Position numbers and translations under genes: made by a program. Shown in pieces: positions 51,241-63,469 of a DNA stretch of 64,000 bases (positions are counted from its first letter, which is position 1; each line of letters starts with the position of its first letter). A model generated the notes under the pieces. That model saw only the letters and a program-made list of their open reading frames with translations. It did no database searches and was not told the DNA's origin. Source of the stretch: Octopus sinensis (Eukaryota); assembly GCF_006345805.1 (NCBI RefSeq), contig NC_043026.1, forward strand, positions 558,001 to 622,000, read 5' to 3'.

Positions 51241-51614
51241 GAAAAACTGCTGCAAGAGAGGTACTTACATTGAAATATTTTAGGTATTTTTCCTAATTTC
51301 TATATCCTTGCCCTTCCGTGTTCTTCTTTGGCAATGGAATATTAAAAATAACATTATGCTATAGGCGTAAAACAAAGATGTACTAAGGATGATCTAGCAG
51401 TGCTTTGGACTCTACTCACCTGAAGACGTGCATAAATTCAGCTATTTTTTAATCATATTTATGCAATAGTGTGTACAATGTATGCATTCAGCAATTACGT
51501 GCTGAAAATGATGAGCAGAAACAATTGTAGTGATTAGTGATTAGTAATAAAAGCTGTTCATTCCATCTTTATATGTATTAACGTTTATTGAAACCACACA
51601 TATATATCATTATG

Positions 51615-51657
<43 letters not shown>

Positions 51658-51946
51658 ATGTATGTATGTATGTATGTGTGTGTGCAAGATAGCGCAAATA
51701 TATTATGAACGTTTTTAGATCGCGGTGCCAATAAACTTGTGAACATAATAGTTTATAGCAATCAGTACTTCTTAATGTGCCCTGACGTTCTGAGTTTTAA
51801 TACAGTCAAGGTATACTTTGTCTTTTAAAAATCAATAAAATAAGTAATCTAATAGATTCTCACCTCTCATAAAATGGATGACATTATGCCAACTTAATTC
51901 TATGTTTGTGTAAATGAATGTGCATAAAAATCGTTCCTGCACGTAC

Positions 51947-52125
51947 CTCCTCGATGGAAAGATCGCTCCAGAAGTCGAGAATAGGATTTCGGAAGAAGTT
52001 AGGACAAAAGTTATCGATGCATTTCTCTACTTTCCAGGTTGAAGGATTTCCTATATTCATAAATGAATTATAGACTAATGAACCAGCTCCCATTGATAGG
52101 AAATATGCTTTGACCCATTTTCTTT
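51947..52125 (-). CDS. Secreted PAN-domain protein, coding exon 2: RKWVKAYFLSMGAGSLVYNSFMNIGNPSTWKVEKCIDNFCPNFFRNPILDFWSDLSIEE
   Basis: ttatttcAG acceptor, GAG|GTACGT donor, 179 nt, phase 1 to 0. Confidence 0.92.
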
Positions 52126-52134
52126 CTGAAATAA

Positions 52135-52165
<31 letters not shown>

Positions 52166-52167
52166 TA

Positions 52168-52650
52168 TAATACTTGGTATAAAAGATGGGCTACAGCAAA
52201 TATTCTGCTCAATACCACAGATTTGCTTGTCAGTTGTTTGACCTTAACCAGTTGAGCATGTCCCTTAGTGGCTGACGATATGTGCATCTCTGATCATGAG
52301 CAGAAGTAGTGGGGGAGCATCATAGCCATGTGTTGAGAGGGATTCTTTGGGGTTTGAATAATTCACCTCTGGAAACATGGGTGGTTCTTTCAACATCCTT
52401 AAACAACCCTTATTCAGGGACCTTTTGAGCGGGATGGGCTACTCAATCTGAAGAAAATTCTAACTGGGCCCCACCTGCAAGGTCATGTGCTGTTTATCTT
52501 GATATGAGATCACCATGTCGCGCACATATGGTTGTGATGCATGTGCCTGGTGTACCTTTATCAGACGGGTAGTCATGATGGGTATATTGGGCTTCATATA
52601 TTTTACCCCAGTGTCACTTTGATGGCATACACTGCTCTCTCACTCAATAA
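52168..52650 (+). mobile_element. Second copy of the (TAA)n-inserted non-coding retroelement
   Basis: Ends ctctctcactc(aat)n; reverse complement of 49715-50195. Confidence 0.8.
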
Positions 52651-52659
52651 TAATAATAA

Positions 52660-53500
52660 TTACTCAAGATCAATGCCTACCTACAAGGAACTACCAGGCC
52701 AACATATTAAAGAACGGCAGTAGCCGAACATGTCGTGTATGTCAACAATAAAATGAAACCATTGATCGTGTTGTCTCCAAGTGCAGTCTTCTTGCGCCTA
52801 CAAAGTTTCTCAACAGACATGATAGAGCTACACAATATATTCACTGGGTAATTTGCAAAAACCTGGACTTGCCCCATGATAAAAAGTGATGGGAACACAA
52901 ACCACCTCCAGAAATGACAAGATCTCACTCCTCTAGAACTTCACCATTCAAACTGACAGAAAGATAGATGTAATTAGGCCAGACATCATATTGAAAGACT
53001 TCAGACAAAGAACATGCCTTCTCATTGATATGACTGTCCCAATCGATATAAACGTATCTGTCAAGACCTACCAAAAACTGAGCAAATATAAAGATCTTGA
53101 AATAGAAATCAGCAAAATGTGGAAGCTGAAGACTAAAACAATACCTGTTGTCATAGGTGCCCTGGGAATGATAGCGAAAGGGACTGATTGCTACCTAACT
53201 CAGATACCAGGAAACCCCAAAATGGCAGAAATTCAAAAGATAGTGCTCATGGGAACTGCTCATATCCTACGCAAAATACTTTCTATGTAATCTCAAATTT
53301 TAAAACAAACATAATTTTCGTATGGTTTTTTAGACATTCACTAAGTACAACACTATGTACAAAACCAAAACTATGGCACCCTAGGCATAACACCAACATG
53401 AACTCCCAACTTGTTGTCTCTTGAGGTCTCTGGGTGAGTCTTGGAGCCAATTTGTACAAATGTAAAGCAAAAGTCAAACATATAATAATAATAATAATAA
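52660..53500 (+). mobile_element. R4/Dong-like LINE 3' fragment (CCHC knuckle and restriction-like endonuclease)
   Basis: CRVCQQ*NETIDRVVSKC, RHD, RPDI, LIDMTVP, QKLSKY and PVVIGALG; (TAA)n at both ends. Confidence 0.9.
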
Positions 53501-53502
53501 TA

Positions 53503-53549
<47 letters not shown>

Positions 53550-53898
53550 GGTGATGATGATGATGATTTCATTTATATGCCTCAAGGGCAAAGGATCACT
53601 TCTGAGTATGATTTTAAAATGCACCCGGTTGTGAAGTTAAGACAAGTAGATGTCAGAGACATTGAAAGCAAAGGCAAAGAGGTGCAACAGCAACAACAAC
53701 AACAGCAACAAAAACAAGATCAACAGCAGCACAAACAATAATATTGATTTTACATTTTGGCACAAGGCCAGCAATTCCGACGGTAGAGGTGTAAGTAGAT
53801 TACATTGGCCTCAGTCTTCACTTGGTACATTTATCCAACTGCAGAAACTAAAAAAAAAAAAGCAATACCAACAGTAATAATTGAAAAGATTCACTTAC

Positions 53899-54229
53899 TT
53901 CTATAGAAGGAAGACTCGTTGGTGTCATTCGTGCTGACGACTGTCATTATATTTTTCGGTGAGTAATTCTTACAAACATGGCTGACTTCGTTGTAAGTAA
54001 AGAATTCCGATTGGCTCTGTAGAGCATAGAAGGCACATTCCAGTAGACTTTGTCTATAATAGAATCGTTGCACTGTATTTGTCTGAAGGTAACCAAAAGA
54101 ATAGCCAGGAGGCAAAGGTTTGTAGTAAGCTTCATCAAATTCTTGATCCTGGGTAACAGTCAGAATTGTTGTAAGGGTTAACAGCAGCACTGTTGTCACA
54201 ACCGGACGGGTGAAAGGAAACAGGGACAT
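53899..54229 (-). CDS. Secreted PAN-domain protein, coding exon 1: signal peptide plus PAN/apple-like module
   Basis: ATG 54229, MSLFPFTRPVVTTVLLLTLTTILTVTQ (hydrophobic leader), SLLECAFYALQSQSEFFTYNEVSHVCKNY; donor AGA A|GTAAGT; acceptor 8 nt before the ATG after a long pyrimidine tract. Confidence 0.9.
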
Positions 54230-55764
54230 TCTTGGCTCTAAGATTACGAGAGGGAGACAGAGGGTGGAAAGGAATGGCCTGAAAGAGAGAAAGAAAGTGG
54301 ATGGGAGAGATTGGAAGAGATTCGGCAAAAAAGACAAAGTGAAATTTATTATATAGGGAGAGAACGGGGAACAGAAAGACAGAGAGAGAGAGAGAGAGAG
54401 AAGAAAAGAGTTAGAGAATAACAGAGAGATATCCTGAAAAAGAAGAGAGAGAGAGATGAAATGAGAAGATGGAAAATGTTTGCGAGAGGAAGGATATTTG
54501 GAAAAGAAAATGAAACATGAATAAATTACAGTTTAGAAGAGAACATCTTAATTAAATTATAGTGATTGGTTAAGACACAGGTCTTAGATATGAGTTTTAA
54601 ACTGTTTCCAATAGTGGGCCGTGGTTGGAGATAGCGTGGGATTTGATGAGTTTGGAATCACTGGTTAGCTAGCGTTGTTCCAAGGTCTACTGTGACCCGG
54701 AGTTGACTTATTTGTCAAGGACCTAATTAAGAGTCAGTTTGTAATTCGATTGATGTGTTGGCGATTATTAGCCTTGTGGTGGTGTTGGCGGGGCAACTCA
54801 TCGAAGTGAAGGAAAAGCCTGATTCCAAACTTCCGCTAACTTGCCAAAATACCCAACCATGGGTAAGTGTTCAGGTGCAAATACTGAGGAAAAATCGGGA
54901 ATCAGAGACGCTGAGGCAGTTTCACACTGTCTACAACCTGAAAAACCTCGCAAATCCTGCGACGACGCTGATAATAAATTGTAGGGTTCCGTTCTATTTC
55001 TGTGGGTCAATTAGTGGCATTGAAATAAGGGACACACTATATGGGCAGCCACCTGTCCTCCTTACCAAACGGCCCTGGCTTGGGACATATCGAACACTCT
55101 GCACTAGAAAGATAGAACCGGACAACACACCGGAGAGTAAGAACATAACAATACAAACAACATAGAGACAGCCTACAAATGCAGCTTACGTGGCAGAGAC
55201 TGCCATTTGCGCAGAGGATTGTTCAGACGCAGGCGACCCGATAGGGCGGGAAGTTACGGCCTTCATCCATGGTCATTAATGAGGGACTGAGGTGCAGGCT
55301 CAGCTGTTGGGTTAAGAGGCTTGCGGTGCAACCATGTAGTTTCGGGTTCAGTCTTCTTACTATTGTAGCAAGCCTTTAAATACTTCGTCAGTGAATTCAG
55401 TAGACGGAGATTGTGTGGAAGCCCGTTGTATCCTTGTATGCGGTGTATGTGGTTGTAACTTTGTCTTCTCGTTGGAACAATAGCAAGGCTTATGAATGCA
55501 GCTCTATAGTTTCTCACACTCAGCCAACTGTAATTCAAATAATCGATTATGAGATGTTAACATCTTTTAGTTGTCTTTTTTTAAAATTTAAAGTGGAAGG
55601 GTTGCTGAGTAAAGCCAAGCACATCGAGGTAAGGGGCGATCTATTGGTAATTAGAACAGCCAATCAGTTGATTTAAACGTAAGGAGCCATCACGATAATG
55701 CCTTGAAGATAGTTGTTCTCCGCCCGAAGTAAGGAAAGCCGCTACCCCGATATCTTCAAGGAAA

Positions 55765-55771
55765 CCAAGCA

Positions 55772-55853
<82 letters not shown>

Positions 55854-55882
55854 GTCTGTCTGTCTGTCTGTCTCCCTGTCTG

Positions 55883-55913
<31 letters not shown>

Positions 55914-55938
55914 GTCTGTCTGTCTGTCTCCCTGTCTG

Positions 55939-55993
<55 letters not shown>

Positions 55994-56018
55994 GTCTGTC
56001 TGTCTGTCTCCCTGTCTG

Positions 56019-56105
<87 letters not shown>

Positions 56106-56114
56106 GTTTGTCTG

Positions 56115-56169
<55 letters not shown>

Positions 56170-56182
56170 GTTTGTCTGTCTG

Positions 56183-56233
<51 letters not shown>

Positions 56234-56245
56234 GTCTGTCTGTCT
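55765..56245. repeat. Compound (TATC)n/(TGTC)n microsatellite with higher-order blocks
   Basis: The block (tatc)n(tgtc)4tccc(tgtc)2 recurs three times. Confidence 0.95.
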
Positions 56246-58240
56246 GTTTCTCTCTCTCTCCCTTCCCCCTCTCTCCCCCCTCTCTCTCTATATATATGCA
56301 TATATAAAATCACACACACACACATTTATGCTTATATATGTATCTATGTGAGTATGTGTGTGTGTGCGTGTGGGATGGGTGTTTGTGTGTGTTTGTGTGT
56401 AAAGACAGGTTAGTCGCAGCTGGAATATTCGGCCATAAGTTTCCTCGATTAGTTATGACCAATTACTAAACAACTGTAACAGAAAAAAAAAAGGTTGATG
56501 TAGCCACAAATACATTGTCTTAATGTGAGATGGCCACATTTGGATTACTTTAAGTCATAGCTCTATTGGGTAAGAGTTGATCTGGTGTTTGAAGATCACC
56601 ACAAACTCTTGGTCACTTCACAACGCACACACACAAACTAGAACATCTTAATTCCTACAGCCCCTAATCATAATATATAGTCACACAGACAAAACGGAAT
56701 GCGATAGAAAAAAATTAAACACTTACTTTCACTGAGGTTGAGGGCCGCCCCTACACTCTTTGGGTGGTTATGTGAGGAGCTGATGACAGGATTGTTCACT
56801 AATGCCACAACTTGACTTTGCTGTTCCTCCTGTCTTCCACTGTCAATATTTTCCTCTATTAACCACAGCAGAGTCTACATATGTTAGGACACTTTATAAG
56901 CACCTGTACTGTCCACGGCTCTCGGTCCTGTGTTCCTTTATCAGTATTACTTACAGACTCATGTGTATTCACCAATGACCAAAGCCCATTGACTGCCCAC
57001 TGCTTTCTGTAGCATCCCATCAGATAAAGCTTGTTTACTTGTATGTCAGTATTTCTCCACTGAAGTGAAAACACAAAAGCTTTTCAAAACGCCTCGTTTG
57101 CTCGTTATGTTGGAGAAAGTCCTTGAATTAAGAGAGACATGCGCTTCACAAAAGATATAGAAAATACAGCTGAGTAGATACTGAAGGAGTTCTGATGTTA
57201 GTAACGTCGTTGCTGCGCTTTTTGTGATGCTGGCTTTATAGTATTAATGCCAGGTGACTGGATCTTTTGATGCTGGTGTGTCTGTAGGCGGAGATGTAAA
57301 AAAGCTGGACGTTTCGTGTCGCGACACACCCAAGCCATCCATTATAGATTTTCATTTAAATCAATCAATAAAGATGATGCAACGAGAACATAAATCCGAA
57401 CCAATACAAAATCAATTTTAACAATTAATTTTTGACATGTTTAAATATTTTTTTCCCAGCATTTTATGAAAAACTAGCAGAAATACCTGGCCAATGCTCG
57501 GGATTCAGATACGACAATGTTTTTGATACTTAGTAAATTTTCTATGTTAGAAATAGTGTTAACACCAAATCGTAACAAAACTGGTCACTTATTGTAACAA
57601 AATTATAACAATAACAAAAAAATATTGTCGCAAATTGTAACAAAATTTATCGCCGGTAAGTGCTGAAGACCAAGGAGTAACGGTTTGAGACGAAGTCCAG
57701 AGAAGGGTTTTAATGCGTTTTTAGATGGTGTAACTATCATGGGTGAATAGCCCCGAAAAGGGCTTCTTGTGGTTCCCACAGCGGTAACAATTTGATATGA
57801 AACCCTTAAAAGGGTTGTAATGCATTTCAATACTTATTCTTTGATTGCTATGAAGGAAAGAAGTCCTTCAGTAGAGTTATGCGCTTCAATAAACACACAG
57901 AACATAGGGCTGAGCAGTGATTGGATCGTTCCGATGTCGATTAATGTCGTTGCTGTGGTGTTTTGTGATGGTGACATTTTAGTATTATTACCTGTCGATG
58001 GAGTGGATGTGTTTGTGTAAGTGGTGGAGATATAAAAGCTGAACAGGTAATGTGGCTATACCCTAGATTTCCAATGTAGAAAGGCCTTGAAACCCGGCAA
58101 CGTAGATGAGGCAACGGCGACACGTCCATACTTCTGCACCGAACACAATCAATTTTTATCATTGTTGGTTGGCTTTGAAAGATAACTTTATTCATTTCAT
58201 GTGAAATAAACATGCAAACCTTTTAAGGGAACGCTTGCAG

Positions 58241-58322
<82 letters not shown>

Positions 58323-58680
58323 GCACACACACATACACACACAAGTATAAATAGGTGTCGTGATGCAAACAGGAAAAATAGTACACAAAATATTGAATAT
58401 TTGTATTTGTTTATCAATACTTATCAGAAGCAAAACAGTTGCTGAATGGCTGAGAGTTTCGTGAGTTGGCACTTATCAAACTAGATACAGGTCGAAGAGC
58501 TGTGGCTTTATTCAGCAGGTGAAAATTCTATTTCCCTCTCAATTATTCTAGATCGAATTTTAAAACCATAATGTCGAGGAATTGATTCATATTTTTCAAA
58601 CAATTTTCCCGTACAATTTGGCAATATACATAAGTAAATAAATGTATAAACAAATAAGAAAGAAAGAAAGAAAGAAACCT

Positions 58681-58719
<39 letters not shown>

Positions 58720-58998
58720 ATACTAAAATATGTATGCGTGCGCGTCCGTGTGTGTATGTATGTGCGTGTATATGCATGTACACCTATATGCTTATATTTC
58801 TAATTTACATATACTATCTCATATATGTGTGTGTGAATTTTTGTGGTTCTGCGTGTGCGTGTGAGAAGGTTTCCCTCTTCCTTTATATCTTTATATATTT
58901 TCTTACTGAATTCCGATCTATATATATGTGTGACCTCGTGTGTACCGTTGGCGATTTTTTTCCCCTCTGTCTTCCCTTCTCTGGATTTTTCCTTCTAT

Positions 58999-59033
58999 GT
59001 TTCCGACGAAGAGCTCCGCTTGAAACGTTAAAC
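58999..59033 (+). ncRNA. Minimal hammerhead-like motif (Penelope pLTR type), C for U4
   Basis: GTTT CCGACGA A GAGC-TCC-GCTT GAAACGTT AAAC. Confidence 0.55.
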
Positions 59034-59127
59034 CCTCCTTCTTCCCTTCTTTCCTGAGCGTCCAATAATACTATATTTGTTCCACGTCCTCGCGTTGCTG
59101 TGTTTTTTTGTGTTTTCTTGTTTGGAT

Positions 59128-59190
<63 letters not shown>

Positions 59191-59279
59191 GTGTGTGGGT
59201 GTGTGTATATATATATATATATGTGTATATATATATATATATGTATGTATATATATATATATATATGACTCTATCGACC

Positions 59280-59925
59280 AGATTATTAGATGTTGTTATA
59301 CATCACTGGTCACAATGTACTTCCATGTTTTTATGGCACCATTCTTGTCCATCTTGGCCATCATCCCATCTCTTAAGCATCACTCAAAATCTTCAGGGCT
59401 CCACCCTTCCTCTGCTGTAACCCTTGAATCACGTAAAGCCCAACGGAAATTTTGCTTCCGGTATTCTACAATCACGTCATTCACACCACTCTGTTCTGGA
59501 ATTTTCTCATTTCTCATATATTCTCTTAGATATAATCCTAGCGTGGACTTTCCCCTGTGCCTTTGCGTCGTAATCAATCGATGTTGTTCCCTCTTCGTGG
59601 TAGCCCTTGCCTCACGTGCATATAGGTGCACAGATAGGAGAATGCTATTGAAGTGTCTGGCACGGAGGGTTTTGTACAGCTTTGTTTTCAACATCCATTT
59701 TTAAGGTAACTCTGGTCTGTTCTATTCTTATTCTCTTCGGGATTTTAGCATCCATGTCTCCACGCATATTCACTATGTCCCATAAGGGAAGCTGTTACTT
59801 TATTTCCTCAATTTCCTCTCTCCACATAACTTTTACGGCTTTGTCGACCCGCATCTATTTTGTTTTCATGCAATTCATTGTAAGGCCTGCTTGTTTGAAG
59901 TCCTTTCCAGTTGGTAATCTTTATG
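59280..59925 (-). mobile_element. RTE/BovB-type LINE 3' fragment
   Basis: LKTKLYK...LYAREA.ATT..EQ.RL.TTQR..G...LG..LRE.MRNE.I..QSGV.D......NFRWA. Confidence 0.75.
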
Positions 59926-59944
59926 ATGGCCACAGTAGTGTTGT

Positions 59945-60250
59945 ATCACAGAGAGGACAAACAAGGACAGATAAACAGATGAAGTCAATTATATCGACCC
60001 CAGTGCGTAACTGGTACTTATTTAATCGACCCCGAAAGGATGAAAGGCAAAGTCATCCTCGGCGGAATTTGAGCTCAGAACGTAACGGCAGACGAAATAC
60101 CTATTTCTTTACTACCCACAAAGGGCTAAACACAGAGAGGATAAACAAGGACAGACAAACGGATGAAGTCGATTATATCGACACCAGTGCGTAACTGGTA
60201 CTTATATAATCGACCCCGAAAGGATGAAATGCAAAGTCGTCCTCAGCGGA
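59945..60250 (-). mobile_element. Tandem headless bodies of SINE family B
   Basis: Two units joined at gacgaaatac|ctatttc (about 60100). Confidence 0.88.
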
Positions 60251-60678
60251 ATTTTGTCCTCCCCGGTCACTCATCTTTCCTCCACACATGAACAAGAAAA
60301 TTGAACTGAAAACAAGTGTGTATATAAATACATTTTTTTTTTTTATTTAATCGCCAAAAGTTACAACGTGACTCAGTGTTTCGTGCATTGACACTTATCA
60401 AACTTACCAAATGGGTTCCAAATTGTGTGGGTGGGTGAGGTGTTTACATTTATATACAGACCGACTGAAATGATGAATTTCATTATCAACGGATTGTTCT
60501 AGAAGAAATTAGAAAAAAACTTACATAGTTACGTGGATTATGAATATTGTTTTCAAATGTCTTTGCCTGTTGAGCAGTTCAATAAATAATTGATTAATAA
60601 AGTAAAATAAATTGTGTAAAGAGAGAGTTAAAGAATATATGAATATATAGACACACACATAAGCAGGAGTATCATAAA

Positions 60679-61203
60679 CAGGGTGTCCCAGAATTAACTT
60701 TCTATTTTTTATGGAAAACGCGCAAATGTAAAACGAAAAACTGACAAAATTTTACGTTCATTAATTAATTAGGATACCCAAATAAATCAATTTATAAATC
60801 TTACATCAAAATTTTATTGAAAATTTTCGACATTTGCTTCGTCTGTATCCCTGCAAATTTCAAATATATCCTCGGCATTACGAATCACATTTGGAAGCAT
60901 TGTAAGAATTATGCCCTGCAATGCTAACTGAATGCATTCTTTAAATTCAGCCAAACTATTGTTCCATTCTCCGGGTGGAGGAAGAGAAAATGATTTCAGC
61001 GAAAGTAAAAGTAGTGACCAAACAATCGGAATCCAACAGAAATGAAAATAAAATTATAAAAAACACAATTATAAAATTATAGACAAAATAAAATACTTAT
61101 AAATTTTTAACGGATATTAAACAAGCCAAACATAAATAAATGCGAGTTTCTGATGAAACTGTCCGATTTCACTGAAATAGATAATTAATACTGGGACACG
61201 CTG
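60679..61203 (-). mobile_element. Tc1/mariner deletion derivative
   Basis: CAGGGTGTCCCAG / CTGGGACACGCTG|TA TIRs. Confidence 0.75.
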
Positions 61204-61469
61204 TATGTACTCACGCACACACATACACATGCACACATACACATGCACATACATACACGCACACTCACAGATGCAGACGTGGTTGTGTGGTTAAGAAGCT
61301 TGCTTTGCAACCATGTGCTTTCGAGTTCAATCCTACTGTGCAGCACCCTGGACAAGAGTTTTCTACTTATAGTCCCGGGTTTTATCATAAAAGTAATTAT
61401 TTGTGAGTGGATTTGGTTGACAGAAGCCGTGTGGTCACGTCGTATAAAACAGATATTTCGGTTGCTTAG

Positions 61470-61519
61470 TTACGATTTCAAGCGGATGAAGATGGCCATG
61501 GAATCAGCTGTTTCAAAAC
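61470..61519 (-). CDS. Last coding exon of a tandem paralog: GFETADSMAIFIRLKS*
   Basis: Same acceptor and length as 46705-46754, with the first 38 nt identical; upstream exons not found within the window. Confidence 0.85.
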
Positions 61520-61649
61520 CTGCAAAATAAGAAAAGTAACAACGACAATAACAACAATAACAACACTAACAGCAAGATTAACAAGACGAATATCAGTAAT
61601 AGCAAATGCAACTTTGGGAATTTGATTTCCATATTTAATCAAAGTAATA

Positions 61650-62046
61650 TTTCCCTTCATTAAAATGGCGCTATTGTCCAGTGGCCGGAGATATCTGAAA
61701 TGTGGGTTTATGCTGAACACCTGTTGTCCGGCGAAGGAAGAGTCGACTGGGTTAGTTATAAAAACTGACACACCAGAATTTTTAACAAATGAAGGTAAGA
61801 ATTGTTTTCTCACTGTTGCTGCAATAGTGAAAGAGGCAGTATGGAAGACTAGGATAAAAAGTATTAAGTCGGGTAACTTTATCTCCGGCCACGAGTTAAG
61901 ATCATTCTTCACTTTCCACTTGAAAAGGAAGGTGTGGCTGGAGAAGAGATGCCTGTCTGAGAGTGTGTTCAACAAAAGATGGAAGCATGTTGCACGAGTG
62001 CTGTGCGTGCACGGAACCATGTGAATAAGACGAAAAAAAAAAAAAG
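61650..62046 (+). mobile_element. L1/Tx1-like LINE 3' end with poly(A)
   Basis: FLTVAAIVKEAVWKTR...FFTFHLKRKV..EK..LS...F.KRW..VAR*, then A-run. Confidence 0.65.
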
Positions 62047-62056
62047 AACAAAATAG

Positions 62057-62288
62057 GTACCTATTTCTTTATTACCCACAAGGGGCTAAACACAGAAGGG
62101 ACAAACAAGGACAGACATAGGTATTAAGTCGATTACATCGACCCCTGTGAGTAACTACTGGTACTTAATTTATCGACCCCGAAAGGATGAAAGGCAAAGT
62201 CGACCTCGGCGGAATTTGAACTCAGAACGTAACGGCAGACAAAATACCGCTAAGCATTTCGCCCGACGTGCTAACGCTTCTGCCAGCT
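62057..62288 (-). mobile_element. tRNA-SINE family B, single unit
   Basis: Head gagctggcagaagcgttagcacgtcgggcg; tail aaagaaataggta. Confidence 0.9.
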
Positions 62289-63469
62289 CACACCAGCGAT
62301 AGATCTGGGCTTGTGGGGTCGGAGGGTGGCCAGACGATCGCTTCATTTGTATTGTCTTTGTGTTGTAAGTTTCATTCGATTTTTTTTTTATATTGTATTT
62401 AAATTTTTAAAGTCACATTATATGTAAAATCATATCGCTTTACTGATCCCATCAATTGTTCTGTCCATTTCTATGTTAGGCCCCCGGTGGGCAATAAAGA
62501 AATTGGTATTTCGTCTGTCTTTATGTTCTGAGTTCAAATACCACCGAAGTCAACTTTGTCTTCCTCCGAAATTACTTCTCCCGAAATTACTGGATTTCTG
62601 ACAAAATTTTCCTTAGGGACTTGAGCAATATACGCCTTTTCCCAGTGTATTTAGCTGTAGAAATGAGTTGCGACGTCATTGGTGCCAAGCTGTATCGGCC
62701 CCTTTGCCTTTAAATAACATCGGTGGCCTGAAAAGGAGAGGCTAGAAAGGACGACCGCTGGTTTTCCATAAACACGTCCGGACCTGCGCCTCGAAGGGGA
62801 ACTTTCTAGGGACAACCCTAATGCCATTCCTGACGGAATGGGGTCTTTTACACTACTGCGGGTTCCAATTTCCTATTTTGAATAGGTGGACCTATCCAAA
62901 ACAATTCATACTTCTAGTCTCTATGTATACACCAAGTGACTTTTGCATGCGAGCAAGATTGCGTACATATGTATACATATGTATATGTGTATTTGTGTGT
63001 ATATTTACGTCTTACATGTATATGTCTGCATATGTATATGGTCTGTGTATTTTGATGTATATATGTATATTGATGGTTTAGTATGCGTATATAGTGTTGT
63101 AAAATATTAAAATTTTTAATGTATTTCATTGTATTAAGCGAATTATATTTCATATATAATTAATGATAATATGTATTTTGAATCAGCTCTTCGATTTAAG
63201 GTTTTTCCTTGATTTTTTATAATAGGATGAATTTATATTAAATTAACTTATTTTGTTTATCTTCTTTATCGCATGCTTAAGACCGTTATTTGAAAGGACC
63301 AATGAAACAAATCCATTTTTAAAGGTGTATCCTTTAACTAGTTTTGATCATATCCTTATTTCTGTTCTATTTTAACAAAACTATCCGATGAACGGGAACG
63401 TAAAACTCTGAGTAACAGCTTTTGTTATATTTCTACTGCTTTTAAATAAAGTATATATATATATATATG

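Noticed and set aside
54755-55165. 136-aa ORF in a GC-richer island
   Set aside because: Only a weak resemblance to a decayed L1/Tx1 ORF1 knuckle (YGQPP...GH); not supportable as a gene or confidently as an element.
55713-56351. 212-aa LSIY-repeat ORF (also 63580-63900)
   Set aside because: Translation of (TATC)n.
56715-57075. Two minus-strand GTAAGT donors with short open frames, as candidates for the 5'UTR exon of the PAN gene
   Set aside because: No way to choose between them or confirm without transcript data; peptides unrecognised.
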